Positions 18,224 through 26,654 of a DNA stretch of 27,616 nt are shown here, piece after piece. Source of the stretch: a virus (taxonomy: Duplodnaviria; Caudoviricetes); IMG/VR virus record IMGVR_UViG_3300044724_002767, positions 1-27,616 of that record; one strand, written 5' to 3'. The first letter of the stretch is position 1. Each line of letters opens with the position of its first letter. Below the pieces are notes generated by a model. The model was not told where the DNA came from. It ran no database searches and worked only from the letters and a program-made list of their open reading frames with translations. A program made the translations under genes and the position numbers.

Positions 18224-18553
18224 ATGGCAGAAGAAGAAAAAAAAGAATACCACCCAGCAGACTCTAATGGCGATGGAAAGGTATCCAAAGAAGAAGAACA
18301 GATGTATCTAGAGTTCAAACGCAAAGAACTAGAAGATGCAGACGCAATGAGAGATGCACAACGCAACATGGCATGGTTTGCACTTGCAGGCATGTTATTG
18401 TATCCTGTATGTGTTGTTGTTTCGGTTGTATGTGGTATTGATTCAGCCGCAAAGATATTAGGTGACATGGCAGGAGTTTATTTTATTGCGGTTGCTGGTA
18501 TTGTTGCAGCTTTCTTTGGCGCACAAGCACTTTCAAAGACACCTAAGAAATAA
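18224..18553 (+). CDS. Membrane protein with an EF-hand-like loop and two hydrophobic helices
   Basis: DSNGDGKVSKEE loop; two TM-like segments; basic C-terminus. Confidence 0.75.
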   Translation: MAEEEKKEYHPADSNGDGKVSKEEEQMYLEFKRKELEDADAMRDAQRNMAWFALAGMLLYPVCVVVSVVCGIDSAAKILGDMAGVYFIAVAGIVAAFFGAQALSKTPKK

Positions 18554-18564
18554 GGATAAGTCAG

Positions 18565-20373
18565 ATGGCAGATGAAATAGTTTCAGCATTAAATGGTCTT
18601 AGCAAAACCACTCAAAAACTGGTAGACGATAGGCAAGCAGAATCAGATAAAGCTGATAAAGATCGTAAAGAACGAATGTCTGCATTAAATAAACAGATTA
18701 AAGATGGTGATGGTAGAACTAAAGAAATAAAAGAAGCTAAAGCTGAACTGAATCAAATAAAAGTTAATGCAAAAGTAGCGAAATCAATTAATCTAGAAAT
18801 ATCTAGATCAGCTGCGGCCGCACTAGGTATTAGTGAAGAAGAATTGAGAGCAAGAAAAGAACAACTAATATTACAGAAAGATGATAAAGTTGCAACGGAA
18901 CAACTTGCAGAATCAATTAAGTCATCTACTGTTGACCAATTTGCAGAACAAAAAAATCAAGCAGAAATACTGAAAGCTACACTTGAAGCAAATGGTCAAA
19001 TTGCAACAGATAGTAAAGAATTTAATAAATTACAATATGAAATTCAAAAGTCAGAATTAGCAGAAAGATTAAAAAACGCTACAAGTGCGAGCGCACAAAA
19101 AGAAATAAAGGCTGAACAACGAGCATTAGCTGCAAAACAAGAAGGACTTCTTGGTAAGATTGCTGGTGGAATTACCTCTTTAAGAGATGGTGCAAAAGAA
19201 AAATTAAAGTCTGCTGGTAAAGGTGTGATGGCTCTTATAAAAGGGTTTGCAATTGCTGGTTTTGCAATTGCACTTATAGCATTTTTAAAAAGTCCACTAT
19301 GGGAAGACACAAAAAATTATATTGTAGATGTTGCTCTTCCCAAATTAAAAGAATTTTATAATGCGTTCTTTGGTGAAGGTGGCGGTTTTATGAAAGGAAT
19401 TAGCGAATTATTTGGTGACGAATCTGGTATTGGTAGCATAGTTATTGGAATAGGTTCGGTTGTTACTTTCTTAGTTGGAATGAAAATATTTCAAATTGCA
19501 ACAGCAATGGTAAATGGTTTTAAAGCAATAAAAGCTGGGTTCATAACAATGAAAGCTGCTATGTTAGCAACAAAAGCATCTTTAGCCACTACACTTGCAC
19601 CCCTTTTACCAATAATTGCAATCGCAGCTGCGATTGGTGTGGTTGTTTTTGCTCTTAAAACTGCATTTGATGATTTTCAAAAGACTTTGGAAGAAACTGG
19701 TAGTATAGGCGAAGCACTCAAAGTCGGAGGGGCTAAATTTATAGGATTTATTCTTGGATTTATACCTAGTATGATTACTAAACTAGTTGGTTTTGTTGCT
19801 GGTTTATTTGGATTTGAAAGCCTCAAAGAAAAACTAAATGCAATGAATCCTATCCAAACTATTTCAGATGCAGTTAAAAAAGTGTTTGATGGTATCGGCA
19901 ATTTCTTTAGTGGTATCCCCGAAAAAGTTGGAGCTGCTTTAGGTAATATGGCAGATATGGCTAAAGACTTTTTAAAGACCGTTCTCAGATCAGTGTTACC
20001 CAAGCCAGGTGGAAGTATGTTTAGTATATCGGGGATTGCATCAAGAGCTATTCCCAAAGGTGTCTATGAATTTGCTGGTATGAATCCAGAAACAGGAGAA
20101 TTAATTGCTCCAGTTGTTACTAACGCAGTAGCACCCAACCCAGCAATGGCAGGTAATGTTGCTGGTAGACCAAATTTTCAAAGTCTTATGGATACAAGAG
20201 CTAGACAAATGACCGAAGCAAAATTAGATAAGGCAACTGGTGGTTCAACTGTCGTGGTTGATGCAAAATCTACAAATGTTGTTAATAGTAATTCAACTTC
20301 TAGTGCGACCTTTACCAATACAAGTACGAGAAATCCTAACCCAGCAGTAGCTGCATTAAATTACTCTTACTAA
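18565..20373 (+). CDS. Tape-measure-like protein (gp29 analogue)
   Basis: 602 aa, N-terminal coiled coil, Ala/Gly-rich hydrophobic centre, location after gp26/gp51. Confidence 0.65.
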   Translation: MADEIVSALNGLSKTTQKLVDDRQAESDKADKDRKERMSALNKQIKDGDGRTKEIKEAKAELNQIKVNAKVAKSINLEISRSAAAALGISEEELRARKEQLILQKDDKVATEQLAESIKSSTVDQFAEQKNQAEILKATLEANGQIATDSKEFNKLQYEIQKSELAERLKNATSASAQKEIKAEQRALAAKQEGLLGKIAGGITSLRDGAKEKLKSAGKGVMALIKGFAIAGFAIALIAFLKSPLWEDTKNYIVDVALPKLKEFYNAFFGEGGGFMKGISELFGDESGIGSIVIGIGSVVTFLVGMKIFQIATAMVNGFKAIKAGFITMKAAMLATKASLATTLAPLLPIIAIAAAIGVVVFALKTAFDDFQKTLEETGSIGEALKVGGAKFIGFILGFIPSMITKLVGFVAGLFGFESLKEKLNAMNPIQTISDAVKKVFDGIGNFFSGIPEKVGAALGNMADMAKDFLKTVLRSVLPKPGGSMFSISGIASRAIPKGVYEFAGMNPETGELIAPVVTNAVAPNPAMAGNVAGRPNFQSLMDTRARQMTEAKLDKATGGSTVVVDAKSTNVVNSNSTSSATFTNTSTRNPNPAVAALNYSY

Positions 20374-20410
20374 AAGAAAACCCCCTATTGATTTCTCAAT
20401 AGAGGGTTGT
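20372..20410. terminator. Terminator hairpin between convergent genes
   Basis: AACCCCCTATTGA-TTTC-TCAATAGAGGGTT; U-tract on the minus strand. Confidence 0.8.
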
Positions 20411-20424
20411 TCATAGTATCTCTA

Positions 20425-21309
20425 CTAATCGTTTGCAAGTTTCTGAAAATAATCCATAGTATCATCTTCATCATCTTGTGTTACCGATGGAGCAGGAGCA
20501 GGAGCAGTATCAACTACAGGAGCTGCTTTAGGAGCATCTTCCATAATCTCAGCTGCACTTCCAACCTTAGTAGTTCCAGCAAGAACCATATCCAAACGAG
20601 TTTTCAACTCATCATATGACTTGAAGTTTTTTTCAGAAGTAAACTCTGATAGAGCATACTCTTTCTTCCATACTGCTTCAATGTCATCATCGTTATCAAA
20701 CAATGCTGATGGTGCTTCAAACTCTGACTTGTCATAGTTCCAATAACCGTCTACCTTGCGAAGCTTCAACTTGAAGTTTGCACCTTCCCAAAAATCAAAA
20801 GGATTTACTGGTGACTCATCTTCAAATGCAGGTTGCATGGTTTCCATAATCTTGTCAAAGATTTTCTTACCAAAACGATAAAGGAATACTTTACCTTCAT
20901 TCTCAGGATTTGCACCGTCCTTAACAACGTAGATGTTGGAATAATATTGCAACTTACGTTTTTGTCTACGAGCAATTTCCTTGTCAGACTCTACACCAGA
21001 ATTCCAGTAAGATGAATTTAGTTCTGATACAGGGTCATTCTGACCGAGTGTGGTAAGAGAATTCTCGATGTACCACTGACCAGTTGGGCCTTGAAATGCG
21101 TGATTCCAGACCTTTGCCCATGGCATATCCTCACCCTCAACAGCTGGAAGGAAACGAATAACAGCATAACCATTACCTGTTTTATCCATTACTGGTTTCC
21201 AGATTCGTTCGTCCTTATAGGACTTCTTCTCTTGGGGTGCGTTTTCCTCTTTAACTGCACCAAGCAGTTTGTCTAATGAATTAGACTTTTTAAGTGAACT
21301 TAACGACAT
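20425..21309 (-). CDS. 32: Single-stranded DNA-binding protein gp32
   Basis: GNGYAVIRFLP, WYIENS, FGKKIFDKI, GANFKLK, NYDKSEF, acidic tail. Confidence 0.97.
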   Translation of the reverse strand: MSLSSLKKSNSLDKLLGAVKEENAPQEKKSYKDERIWKPVMDKTGNGYAVIRFLPAVEGEDMPWAKVWNHAFQGPTGQWYIENSLTTLGQNDPVSELNSSYWNSGVESDKEIARRQKRKLQYYSNIYVVKDGANPENEGKVFLYRFGKKIFDKIMETMQPAFEDESPVNPFDFWEGANFKLKLRKVDGYWNYDKSEFEAPSALFDNDDDIEAVWKKEYALSEFTSEKNFKSYDELKTRLDMVLAGTTKVGSAAEIMEDAPKAAPVVDTAPAPAPSVTQDDEDDTMDYFQKLAND

Positions 21310-21354
21310 ATTTTTCTCCTTATGTGAATGTATGTTTTCGTATGTTATTTAATA

Positions 21355-21383
21355 ATTATATACAGTTGTGTAAGGAAAGTCAA
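21355..21383 (-). promoter_or_regulatory. Sigma70-type promoter for gp32
   Basis: TTGACT-17-TATAAT. Confidence 0.75.
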
Positions 21384-22009
21384 GTATCTTCTTGAACAAA
21401 CCTTACTCTATATATACTTTTGTCATCTTGTCTAAAATTGACAAGAGCATTCCAAGAAAGTCCAATCCGTTCTTTATCAAGATCATTTGGTGCATGACCA
21501 TGATACAATTGAGATTGAAAGACAATCATAGAATCCTGTGTACAGGGAAAAGACAACTTAGAAGCTGTGTTTGGGTTTCCCTTTTTATAATGTTCCGTAA
21601 GAGATATGAATGGTACACTATCGTATTTTGATCTGTGAAAAACCAGTGGTGGGTGTCCGTCCTCTGACTTTAAATAGTATGTTCCACTAATGATTGAGTT
21701 AGAGTGATTGTGTATTCCTTGTTTGCCACCTTTACCACTAATGTTTAACCAACTCTCCGAAAAGAAAAATTCTTCATACTCTAGGCCAAGTTCGTTGTCT
21801 AGATAATCTTTGGCTTGCATTTCAATCCATGTTGCAATGTCTTTCATTGCTGGGTCAAGTAATATATTTAAATATTTTTCCGTTCTTAATTTCGTTGAAC
21901 CCTTAAATTTTTCGTATGAAAATTGATTTAGATCAATCGTATCAACAAATGGTATTGGACTATTATACTGTTTTATAATACCAGCTGGGAATATAGGAAC
22001 TCCACTCAT
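21380..22009 (-). CDS. 2OG-Fe(II) oxygenase-like protein (TIGR02466-like)
   Basis: SWLN, HNHSNSIISGTYY, FQSQLYH, RIGLSWN. Confidence 0.82.
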   Translation of the reverse strand: MSGVPIFPAGIIKQYNSPIPFVDTIDLNQFSYEKFKGSTKLRTEKYLNILLDPAMKDIATWIEMQAKDYLDNELGLEYEEFFFSESWLNISGKGGKQGIHNHSNSIISGTYYLKSEDGHPPLVFHRSKYDSVPFISLTEHYKKGNPNTASKLSFPCTQDSMIVFQSQLYHGHAPNDLDKERIGLSWNALVNFRQDDKSIYRVRFVQEDT

Positions 22010-22854
22010 GTTATTTTTAATTCCTCACATAATTTGTCTTTATTAATATATTTTACATTTTTTAAATAAAATGCATCTGCTAATGTTCTACCTTCTTCTG
22101 TTGCATCAACCCAATAAAAAGTAGTATCAGAATTTAGAACAAAAATAGATTTTAGCTGTTTGCCCCAATTTACTGCACTAAATCCTTTTGCGTTTGCTGG
22201 AAGATAATTGTCTGTACCCTTGTACATATTATTTAGTGGTTTATCATATGCCGACAAGTCATATCCAATCATATATACCTCATCTGGTTTAACAGGAAAT
22301 CTACCTAGTGTTTCGTGCATAGGTGGGTCACATGCTAAATGTAATGCAGAATTGCCCGCAGACCAACCCCTAATGTATTCTCCAATAGGACAAATTCTTT
22401 CTTCACCAGTAACATAGGTAATCCAAACACCAGAGTCCTTTTCCATTTTCATACGAAGGTCATCTGCATCTAAGTCTGGATTCATGTGCATAGCTGTATC
22501 AATTTTCTCTTGCAGAGTAGCAGGGTCTTTGCCTGAGATAACACATTTACCAGTTAGACCATCTCCACTATAATGAATAAAAGATTCGGGTATGTTGTAT
22601 CCCATAAACATTGTGTCTGCTACAAAATCTGGAACAACAGACCAGTTTGTAAACCAACATTTATTTTCAAGTGGATACTCAGATTTAACAATTTCTTGTT
22701 GTATTGCGTAATCAACTGCAACAAGATTGTCTACTACACCGTCACGATAAATTGCATTGCATCCCCAAGTTTTAACTTCGTCTAAACCAATATTGTTTTT
22801 ACTTGGATTGAACCACGAACGTGATTCTCCATTGCCAATAACTAAAGATTTCAT
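22006..22854 (-). CDS. Maf/MptE(DUF115)/sialyltransferase-fold-like protein
   Basis: VIGNGESR, GCNAIYRD, SAGNSALHLA, VYMIGYD; ATGA-coupled start at 22854. Confidence 0.55.
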   Translation of the reverse strand: MKSLVIGNGESRSWFNPSKNNIGLDEVKTWGCNAIYRDGVVDNLVAVDYAIQQEIVKSEYPLENKCWFTNWSVVPDFVADTMFMGYNIPESFIHYSGDGLTGKCVISGKDPATLQEKIDTAMHMNPDLDADDLRMKMEKDSGVWITYVTGEERICPIGEYIRGWSAGNSALHLACDPPMHETLGRFPVKPDEVYMIGYDLSAYDKPLNNMYKGTDNYLPANAKGFSAVNWGKQLKSIFVLNSDTTFYWVDATEEGRTLADAFYLKNVKYINKDKLCEELKIT

Positions 22855-23549
22855 GTTCTTAAACACTCCCAACTAACAGGAAACATATCCTGTGCAACCT
22901 TGTCAATTTTATTTGTAACCATTCTTGTTTCATATTGTGCATCTGGTTTGCATCTTAGGTTACATACTCTTGCAAATGCATAAAGTGTTCCAGACCAATA
23001 CCATTCTGTAAACATAGACTGAGGCAGAACCATTCGTGCTTGTTCTGGTGCAACACCACCCTCGATTAACATATCATAAGCTTTAACTGCGTGTTCAACA
23101 GCTTTATTGTACACAGTCCCAACTCTTATGTCCTCATCATCAGGATAACTGTCCTTAATCCACTCTACAGTCTTTTCTTCATCAGAACCTTGTTTCTTAT
23201 CTGATGCAGCTGCTCTCCATGTATCAGGACAATAGATTGATGGGTCATCACTAACATATCGTCTAGATACTTCGTTCCACGTTAAACCAATTTGATGTTT
23301 AACTAATTGTCTTGCAACAAACACAGGAGCTTTAATTCTAAACTGCATAGACGCATGACCGAATGGACTCCAGTGATTGTGTTTTGCAAGATACTTTATT
23401 AATTTTTCATCACTGTAATTAAGAAGGCCTTCTAAGTCGTTATCAAATCCTTTCTCCCAATCAGATTCTTTATCAAAAGAAACTCTGGCTGCATTAACAA
23501 CAGTCAAGTCGCTTCCCATGAAGTCTTTAAGTGTTACTTCTATATCCAA
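22851..23549 (-). CDS. thyX: Flavin-dependent thymidylate synthase
   Basis: VVNAARVS, HWSPF, ARQLVKH..WNEVSRRY, EQARMVLP, AQYE; probable TTG start at 23549. Confidence 0.96.
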   Translation of the reverse strand: MDIEVTLKDFMGSDLTVVNAARVSFDKESDWEKGFDNDLEGLLNYSDEKLIKYLAKHNHWSPFGHASMQFRIKAPVFVARQLVKHQIGLTWNEVSRRYVSDDPSIYCPDTWRAAASDKKQGSDEEKTVEWIKDSYPDDEDIRVGTVYNKAVEHAVKAYDMLIEGGVAPEQARMVLPQSMFTEWYWSGTLYAFARVCNLRCKPDAQYETRMVTNKIDKVAQDMFPVSWECLRT

Positions 23550-23812
23550 TTGTATATCCCCCAAATAGATGCACCAAGATAAAATAACTCCATCAACATT
23601 CTTGGAGTATCTTTATCTAACCTTGCAAAATTTGCCCAAAACACACAAGCAACCACAGACAACGACCAACCTATCCATTGAGAAGCAACACTTCCCGATG
23701 CAAGAAAAATGACACTCATGAGTGCAAGTGCAAGTGCAAACCACCGCACATTACTACTAGGTGGTTTTCTATTTGGTGCAATTAATGTGAGTGTTAATAC
23801 TTTAGTTCCCAT
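23540..23812 (-). CDS. Small multi-helix membrane protein
   Basis: Three hydrophobic segments, AAGGA RBS. Confidence 0.7.
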   Translation of the reverse strand: MGTKVLTLTLIAPNRKPPSSNVRWFALALALMSVIFLASGSVASQWIGWSLSVVACVFWANFARLDKDTPRMLMELFYLGASIWGIYNWI

Positions 23813-23831
23813 AATATGTCCTTTTCAAAAT

Positions 23832-23905
23832 TGGTGCTGGTACAAGGAATCGAACCTAGAATTGATGCTTACAAGGCAACTGTTATACCGTTTAACTATA
23901 CCAGC
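23832..23905 (-). tRNA. tRNA-Thr(UGU)
   Basis: GCTGGTA/TACCAGC acceptor stem, loop CTTGTAA, TTCGATT T-loop, encoded CCA. Confidence 0.92.
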
Positions 23906-23913
23906 AGTAAAAG

Positions 23914-23989
23914 TGGTGGAGTTAGAGGGGATCGAACCCACGACCTTCTGGATGCAAACCAGACGCTCTCCCAACTGAGCTATAACCCC
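23914..23989 (-). tRNA. tRNA-Ala(UGC)
   Basis: GGGGTTA/TAACTCC stem with G3:U70, anticodon TGC, encoded CCA. Confidence 0.96.
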
Positions 23990-23998
23990 ACAAATCAT

Positions 23999-24250
23999 TT
24001 ATCGTCTGTCATCTCTCCTGTTATCAGGTCTGCGACCTTGAGGGCGAAACCCCTTTGGCCATGATGGTTGTCGCATTGCAAGTTTTTTAATTCTTTCGCT
24101 CATCTCAGAATTTTTCTTAGAAAGTTCAGCACAATCGTACTCTAATTCTTTCACCCTTGCAATAAGTTTTTTGTTTTCTGACTCAACAATGTCGAGTGTT
24201 TTAATTGCGATTTCTGCTCTTTCAGTGGTCACAATTTCACCTAAATCCAT
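23999..24250 (-). CDS. Coiled-coil hypothetical protein
   Basis: ORF with AAGGAG RBS. Confidence 0.7.
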   Translation of the reverse strand: MDLGEIVTTERAEIAIKTLDIVESENKKLIARVKELEYDCAELSKKNSEMSERIKKLAMRQPSWPKGFRPQGRRPDNRRDDRR

Positions 24251-24255
24251 TATAG

Positions 24256-24834
24256 TTAAACTCCTTCTATTAGATTTAATAATACCATTCTATACTTTTC
24301 CTTGTCCAAAGTCAAGAACCTTTTATAATTATTCATAAGTTTTTTAATGTCTTGCCATATGTAATCCTCAGATAATTTTTTGTTCCACGTTTTACTAAAC
24401 TCAACCAACTCATCAAGTACAATAAGAGTTTCTAATGACACTCTCTTTCCAAGATATTCCTTTAATAATATAGGGTGTTCGTCACTCTCAATATTAAAAA
24501 GGGGATTGAAGTTTTTAACTAAAGGCTTAATCTCTAGTGTAAATTGATTGTAAAAATTAACTCTTTTGTCTTTCCATTCCTCATAGTTTTCATCACTGAA
24601 GTTAGACACATAACCTTTGCCGTCCTTAATAAAATTAGAGACAAAATAATTCTTTATGTTTTCTTCTGTTTTATATTTTCTTGAAATTTTGACAAAGAAA
24701 CCTCTATCCTTTCTCTTGTAGAAAGAATCTCGCTTGATACGAGTTTTGCCATGATAGGTAACAAAGTCATAATCAGTTTTGCCGAAGTGTGCTTTCATTG
24801 CACAATACATCAGGTAGGTATCAATCGCTTCCAT
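24256..24834 (-). CDS. 59: Helicase loader, gp59-like
   Basis: Y..Y.AMKAHF...YDF..Y.GK, F.KRKD..FF, SLET; adjacent to gp33. Confidence 0.8.
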   Translation of the reverse strand: MEAIDTYLMYCAMKAHFGKTDYDFVTYHGKTRIKRDSFYKRKDRGFFVKISRKYKTEENIKNYFVSNFIKDGKGYVSNFSDENYEEWKDKRVNFYNQFTLEIKPLVKNFNPLFNIESDEHPILLKEYLGKRVSLETLIVLDELVEFSKTWNKKLSEDYIWQDIKKLMNNYKRFLTLDKEKYRMVLLNLIEGV

Positions 24835-24847
24835 TGAAAGGCTTTCT

Positions 24848-25066
24848 TTATATAGGCAGTTGAGCTCTTTTAGGTAAAAAGTTCAAGTCTCTTGCATTTG
24901 CTTCAATTTTTTCTTTCAGTCCTTTAGAAATAAGAGAACCAACTGAATCAGGTTCAATGCCTTCTTTGTCGCAATAATATAGAATTGCGTCCATATGTGT
25001 AATATTTAAATCTTTAGCAATATTCTCTATTGCAACTGTAAATGTTTTTGATGTAGTAAACGCCAT
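24848..25066 (-). CDS. 33: Late transcription coactivator gp33
   Basis: MDAILYYC...IEP....LISKGLKEKIEANA..LNFL. Confidence 0.9.
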   Translation of the reverse strand: MAFTTSKTFTVAIENIAKDLNITHMDAILYYCDKEGIEPDSVGSLISKGLKEKIEANARDLNFLPKRAQLPI

Positions 25067-25089
25067 TATTATTTCCTATAGTCATTATA

Positions 25090-25265
25090 AAAGTGGTGAG
25101 TATTCTGTTGATAGGAACTCACCAAAACCCCGAGCAACTATGCGGCTAGCGCATAATCCTCAAGTGCAAAGTTATCTTCGTTTGCATTTATAGTTTTGAC
25201 CGATAACGGAATCACCCGACAATTCTCCACTCATCTACCTCTGCCTGTCGAACCTATTCAGCCCC
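25090..25265 (-). ncRNA. ssrA: tmRNA coding piece of a permuted gene; tag frame ANEDNFALEDYALAA* at 25185-25138
   Basis: 5' GGGGCTGAATAGGTTCGAC, ATAAAT-GCA resume context, tag ending YALAA, terminal GGTGAGT/ACTCACC hairpin; 3' end approximate. Confidence 0.93.
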
Positions 25266-25277
25266 ATCACAAACACA

Positions 25278-25403
25278 CTAGATATTTTTCTTAATCCACT
25301 TATAAGCTGCATAAGTGGCAAGTAAAATAAGTATTGTTCCAATACCATCAAACCAAGATGTTTCATTTATTGCATCTATAAGGTCTGCTGTAATCCAATC
25401 CAT
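25278..25403 (-). CDS. 41-aa single-helix membrane protein inside the tmRNA intervening segment
   Basis: GGAG-6nt-ATG; MDWITADLIDAINETSWFDGIGTILILLATYAAYKWIKKNI*. Confidence 0.75.
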   Translation of the reverse strand: MDWITADLIDAINETSWFDGIGTILILLATYAAYKWIKKNI

Positions 25404-25423
25404 TTTATTCTCCAATGTATTTG

Positions 25424-25486
25424 TGGTGGAGCTGGGGGGATTTGCACCCCCGTCCAGATCAGCTCTCAACTTGCATCAACAAATTG
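25424..25486 (-). ncRNA. ssrA: tmRNA acceptor piece of a permuted gene
   Basis: GAC-GGGGG-TGCAAAT-CCCCC-CAGCTCC-A-CCA; pairs with GGGGCTG at 25265 giving G3:U70; 5' end approximate. Confidence 0.92.
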
Positions 25487-25492
25487 TATCTA

Positions 25493-25524
25493 TATTTATA
25501 CCACAACAGACACTAACTTGTCAA
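25493..25524 (-). promoter_or_regulatory. Composite promoter for tmRNA (TTGACA-18-TATAAA containing late TATAAATA)
   Basis: Seen directly upstream of the acceptor piece. Confidence 0.7.
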
Positions 25525-25529
25525 GTCTC

Positions 25530-26210
25530 TTACGTTTTATTTTGTTCATTCCACTCCGCAATAGTTTCTACTAAAGAATTAAGGTAATCGTGTTTTTCTT
25601 TAACAAACTCTTGAACAGTTCCATCTTCTGTCACGACCAAGATAACCACCTGAGATATTTCTACACCTGTACGTTCACCAAACATTTCAGCATACGCAGA
25701 ACCTTGAATGTAATAACTTTCGTTGTATTCATCTTTACGTTCTTTGGTTGATGTTTTGAAATCTATAATAGACGGCACACCTTTATACTCAGCAATACAA
25801 TCAACTCTGCCTGCTACTTTGTACTTGTCACTGTACAATCCAGCTTCTTGAGCATAGATGTTGTCTATGTAAGTTAACGCATTATCTTTTAATTGTTGAA
25901 AAAGACAATACGGTAAGAAATGTTTTTTGTGTTTCTCCCATTCCATTGGAGAATTAAATTCAACATTGTTTAAATAGTCTTCACACATATGATGAACTTT
26001 AGTACCACGATTTGCAGCTGTTCTTGATATGTGATTAGCAACATCGTTACCTACACGTTTACGCCATTCTGCTATTCCTTTCTTATTACGAACTGATAAA
26101 ACAGTTGTAATTGATGGATACTTATTACCCTCTGGGGTTTTGTATAGACGTACTCCGTCTTGGTTTGTTGCGGTTATAGGTTGCAACTCCACTGGTTTGT
26201 GCTGAAACAT
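25530..26210 (-). CDS. PD-(D/E)XK exonuclease
   Basis: YPSITTVL, RGTKVH, AGRVDCI, IIDFKTS, Q..AY. Confidence 0.9.
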   Translation of the reverse strand: MFQHKPVELQPITATNQDGVRLYKTPEGNKYPSITTVLSVRNKKGIAEWRKRVGNDVANHISRTAANRGTKVHHMCEDYLNNVEFNSPMEWEKHKKHFLPYCLFQQLKDNALTYIDNIYAQEAGLYSDKYKVAGRVDCIAEYKGVPSIIDFKTSTKERKDEYNESYYIQGSAYAEMFGERTGVEISQVVILVVTEDGTVQEFVKEKHDYLNSLVETIAEWNEQNKT

Positions 26211-26213
26211 ACT

Positions 26214-26654
26214 TTATATTGCTCTCATTCTCTCCACTAATCTATTTGCTCGGTTTGTCACTTGTCGATACCATCTGCTGTCTACCATCTCGTCTGCAGC
26301 TGCGTTCCAATCTTTTGCATCAACACCACGTTTCATTCCCTTGAATTTACTTAAACGAGTTCTGCCAAGGTTGAACATCATGTTTGCAATTATCTGTTGA
26401 GCTTCTTCTGGCAAATCATAAAAATCTGGATACAAAATAGTACAGTCTAGTAAAACATTGTCACAATCTTGTTCAAATGCTTCGATAACTCTGGACTCAC
26501 TAATAGAAGTTCCAACTGGAGAGTTATATTCTGGATCAGTTTCTAATACCAAATGACCAACACCAAAAGTAGGATATCCAAGATGGTCGTTGTAAATTTC
26601 GTATTTTACTCCCTCGTCTATTTCTAGTTGAGCTCTAAGTTTTTCTAAATTCAT
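26214..26654 (-). CDS. Lysozyme (GH24, T4 e-like)
   Basis: DEG...Y.DHLGYPTFGVGH catalytic E/D/T, NMMFNLG, SRWYRQ..NRA; ATG at 26654. Confidence 0.92.
   Translation of the reverse strand: MNLEKLRAQLEIDEGVKYEIYNDHLGYPTFGVGHLVLETDPEYNSPVGTSISESRVIEAFEQDCDNVLLDCTILYPDFYDLPEEAQQIIANMMFNLGRTRLSKFKGMKRGVDAKDWNAAADEMVDSRWYRQVTNRANRLVERMRAI

Noticed and set aside
23709-24064. Plus-strand ORFs 23709-23978 and 23816-24064
   Set aside because: Antisense shadows of the tRNA genes
25424-25455. Acceptor piece read as an att-site duplication or broken tRNA
   Set aside because: It lies directly behind a promoter, complements the downstream 5' piece, no other 3' end follows the coding piece, and no integrase is present
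25278-25469. 63-aa ORF starting at TTG 25469
   Set aside because: Its N-terminal part runs through the tmRNA T-arm and CCA; the RBS-supported start is ATG 25403
25530-26210. Cas4/CRISPR system
   Set aside because: No repeat-spacer array seen in the window, and the protein lacks the C-terminal Cys cluster typical of Cas4
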